DNA of 16,360 nucleotides from Vulcanimicrobiota bacterium (lineage in GTDB: Bacteria > Vulcanimicrobiota > Vulcanimicrobiia > Vulcanimicrobiales > Vulcanimicrobiaceae), in the NCBI GenBank assembly GCA_003135555.1, contig PLCF01000054.1, forward strand, positions 1 to 16,360. Direction: 5' to 3'. Below, one piece after another: positions 14,129 through 16,360 of this stretch. How positions within the stretch are numbered: position 1 is the first letter of the stretch; the number at the start of each line of letters is the position of its first letter. The notes below the pieces were generated by a model. That model did no database searches, had not been told where the DNA came from, and saw nothing but the letters and a program-made list of their open reading frames with translations. The position numbers were made by a program, and so were the translations under genes.

Positions 14129-15423
14129 TGGCACAGATCGAGCTCACCGTCCCTGATCTGGGCGGCTTCAGCGACATCCCCGTCATCGAAGTCCTCGTCA
14201 CGCCCGGTGAGGCTGTGGCCAAGGATGCGCCGCTCGTTACGCTCGAGTCCGACAAGGCGACGATGGAAGTCCCCGCCTCCGCCGCCGGCGTCGTCAAGGA
14301 CGTACGCGTGAAGGTCGGCGACAAGGTCTCGCAAGGCAGCGTCCTGGCGACGTTGGAGTCCGCCGAGGCGCCGCCCGCGCCGCCCGCGGCGGCCGCGCCG
14401 GCCGATGCTCCGGTTGCGAAGGCGGACGTCCCCGCCGATGCGCCGCCGGTCAACGGTCGCGCCGAAACCACCGTCCCAACCGCACCGGCCGCGGCAGGTG
14501 CCGCGTCGAGCGCGCCGGTGCATGCATCGCCGGCGATCCGGCGCTACGCGCGCGAGCTCGGCGCGGACCTCGCGCACGTCGGGGGCAGCGGCCCCAACGG
14601 CCGCATCACGCGCGAAGACGTCGCGGCCTTCGTGAAGTCGGCACTCACGTCGCGGAGTGCCGGGAACGGCGCCCCCGCGGCGGGCGCCGGTATCGGCCTG
14701 GGCTTGCCGCCGTGGCCCAAAGTCGACTTCGCCAAGTTCGGTCCGATCGAACGCGTCGCGCTGACGCGCATTCAGAAGATCAGCGGGCCGGTACTGGCGC
14801 GCAATTGGGTGATGATCCCGCACGTCACCCAGAACGACGACGCCGACGTGACCGAGCTCGAGGCGTTCCGCAAGCAGATCAACGCCGAGCGCAAGGACGG
14901 CAAGGTGACGATGCTCGCCTTTTTGATGAAGGCGGCGGTCGCGGCGCTCAAGCGTTACCCGCAGTTCAACGCTTCGCTCGACGGCGAAGAACTGGTGCTC
15001 AAGAAGTACTATCACCTCGGCTTCGCCGCCGACACGCCCAACGGTTTGCTGGTACCGGTCATCAAGGACGTCGACACGAAAGGGATCGTGGAGATCGCGG
15101 CTGAGACCTCGGAGCTCGCCGCGAAGGCTCGCGACGGCAAGCTCGGGCCGGCCGAGATGAGCGGCGCCACGTTCACGATCTCCTCGCTGGGCTCGATCGG
15201 CGGCACCTATTTCACGCCGATCATCAACGCACCCGAGGTCGCGATCCTAGGCGCATGCCGGGCCGACACTCGCCCCGTCTGGGACGGTGCCGCGTTCGTG
15301 CCACGGCTGATCCAGCCGCTGAGCCTGTCGTACGATCACCGGGTGATCGACGGCGCGAACGCCGCCCGCTTCACCGTCGAGATCAAAAACGCGCTGAGCG
15401 ACCTGCGCCGCGTGCTGCTCTAA
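14128..15423 (+). CDS. aceF: Dihydrolipoamide acetyltransferase (PDH E2), single lipoyl domain
   Basis: Lipoyl site LESDKATMEVP, Ala/Pro linker, PSBD HASPAIRRYARELG...GSGPNGRITREDV and catalytic SYDHRVIDGA. The ATG overlaps the aceE stop (TGATG). Confidence 0.95.
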   Translation: MAQIELTVPDLGGFSDIPVIEVLVTPGEAVAKDAPLVTLESDKATMEVPASAAGVVKDVRVKVGDKVSQGSVLATLESAEAPPAPPAAAAPADAPVAKADVPADAPPVNGRAETTVPTAPAAAGAASSAPVHASPAIRRYARELGADLAHVGGSGPNGRITREDVAAFVKSALTSRSAGNGAPAAGAGIGLGLPPWPKVDFAKFGPIERVALTRIQKISGPVLARNWVMIPHVTQNDDADVTELEAFRKQINAERKDGKVTMLAFLMKAAVAALKRYPQFNASLDGEELVLKKYYHLGFAADTPNGLLVPVIKDVDTKGIVEIAAETSELAAKARDGKLGPAEMSGATFTISSLGSIGGTYFTPIINAPEVAILGACRADTRPVWDGAAFVPRLIQPLSLSYDHRVIDGANAARFTVEIKNALSDLRRVLL

Positions 15424-15450
15424 GCGCACGCGACGCAGGCCGGAACCGCG

Positions 15451-16359
15451 TCAGTGGGAACGGGCGGCGGTGATCTCGGAGACGATTCGGTCGGCGTGGT
15501 AGACCTTCGCGAACGCATCCAGGAGCACGCGGCTGTCGACGGCGATCGCGCGGTTGCGGTTGGCATCGTACCCGTAGTCACCGCCGAGCGAGAAGATGTT
15601 TCCATCGAAGATCAGCCCGACGACCTCGCCGCGGGCGTTCACCAGCGGGCTACCCGAGTTTCCTCCGATGATGTCGTTGGTAGTCGAGAGGTTCATCGGC
15701 AGCGCGAGGTTGAGCGCCGGCTTCGCGTCGAGCCAACTGCGCGGCAAGACGTACGGCGGCGCGCCGGTGGCGCGCTCGAAAAGGCCGCCGATCGTCGTGT
15801 ACGGCGGCACCTGGGTTCCGCCGAGATCCGCGAAGCCTTTCACGGCGCCGTAGCTCAGGCGCAGCGTGAACGTGGCGTCCGGATCGATCTTCGTGCCGTA
15901 GACCGCGAACCGCGCTTTGGCGATCTGCTCCGCCGCGGCGCGTGACGGCGCCCCGATGCGATCCTCGTCGTCCTTGCGCAACGCGCGCAGCTGGGGGTCG
16001 AGTGCGCGCGCGAACACGATCATCGGGTCGGTGGACGCCGCGACCGCCTCCTTGCCGCCGTCGTAGAGCGCTTTGCGCACCGCGGGATCGCCCAGCTTCG
16101 TGCCCGCGACGAGCCGCTGCGCGAGCTGGTCGGGCGACTCGGTGCCCAGGAACGCCTTCACCAGCGGATCGTCCGTCCCCAGCGTCTCGCGCAGCTTCGA
16201 GAATCCGAACGCCAGCCCGATCTCCTCGAGATCCGGATAGAACGGCGTCCGCACGGCGATCGTGCGCGCGAGCCGCGCCAAGTTCGCATCGCTGAACTCG
16301 GGCAGCCGCTGCGCGTTCGGTTTCGTGCGCTCGTCGGCGACCCGCACCAGCGTCAGCGC
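15451..16359 (-). CDS. S46 family dipeptidyl peptidase (DPP7/DPP11-like), 5'-partial
   Basis: PDATFTLRLSYG.VKG, TNDIIGGNSGSP (catalytic Ser), GLIFDGN and NRAIAVD. The frame is open to the window edge. Confidence 0.9.
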   Translation of the reverse strand, partial: ALTLVRVADERTKPNAQRLPEFSDANLARLARTIAVRTPFYPDLEEIGLAFGFSKLRETLGTDDPLVKAFLGTESPDQLAQRLVAGTKLGDPAVRKALYDGGKEAVAASTDPMIVFARALDPQLRALRKDDEDRIGAPSRAAAEQIAKARFAVYGTKIDPDATFTLRLSYGAVKGFADLGGTQVPPYTTIGGLFERATGAPPYVLPRSWLDAKPALNLALPMNLSTTNDIIGGNSGSPLVNARGEVVGLIFDGNIFSLGGDYGYDANRNRAIAVDSRVLLDAFAKVYHADRIVSEITAARSH

Positions 16360-16360
16360 C

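Noticed and set aside
14360..14520. Low-complexity GCC/CCG-rich stretch in aceF as a repeat element
   Set aside because: It encodes the ordinary Ala/Pro-rich linker between the lipoyl and subunit-binding domains of E2.

Overview
This is a high-GC bacterial chromosomal window made mostly of housekeeping genes. From left to right: an acyl-CoA dehydrogenase (5'-truncated by the window), a multi-TM protein ending in a GAF-like domain, a three-gene ABC-2-type exporter (minus strand), an SRPBCC protein, a hypothetical protein, nth, a cytoplasmic sulfite-oxidase-family molybdoprotein, a short orphan ORF, a short-form mutY, a MocR-family PLP regulator divergent from aceE-aceF (no lpdA follows), and a partial S46 dipeptidyl peptidase. 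The standout lies at about 5700-6300 and is missing from the ORF track. It is a tandem array of three ~230-bp cassettes. Each has a near-perfect Shine-Dalgarno, an 18-19 aa lysine-rich micro-ORF (MAAKKKGGKKKPSKKGKKK, then MAAKKKAPKKKPSKKGKK twice), a conserved 3' UTR motif and a GNRA-capped terminator-like hairpin. Divergence between copies is mostly synonymous, which argues for real, selected polycationic micropeptides. Also seen: three copies of a short palindromic REP-like element overlapping gene starts, and a candidate MocR operator cluster. Taxonomy cannot be established from the sequence alone.
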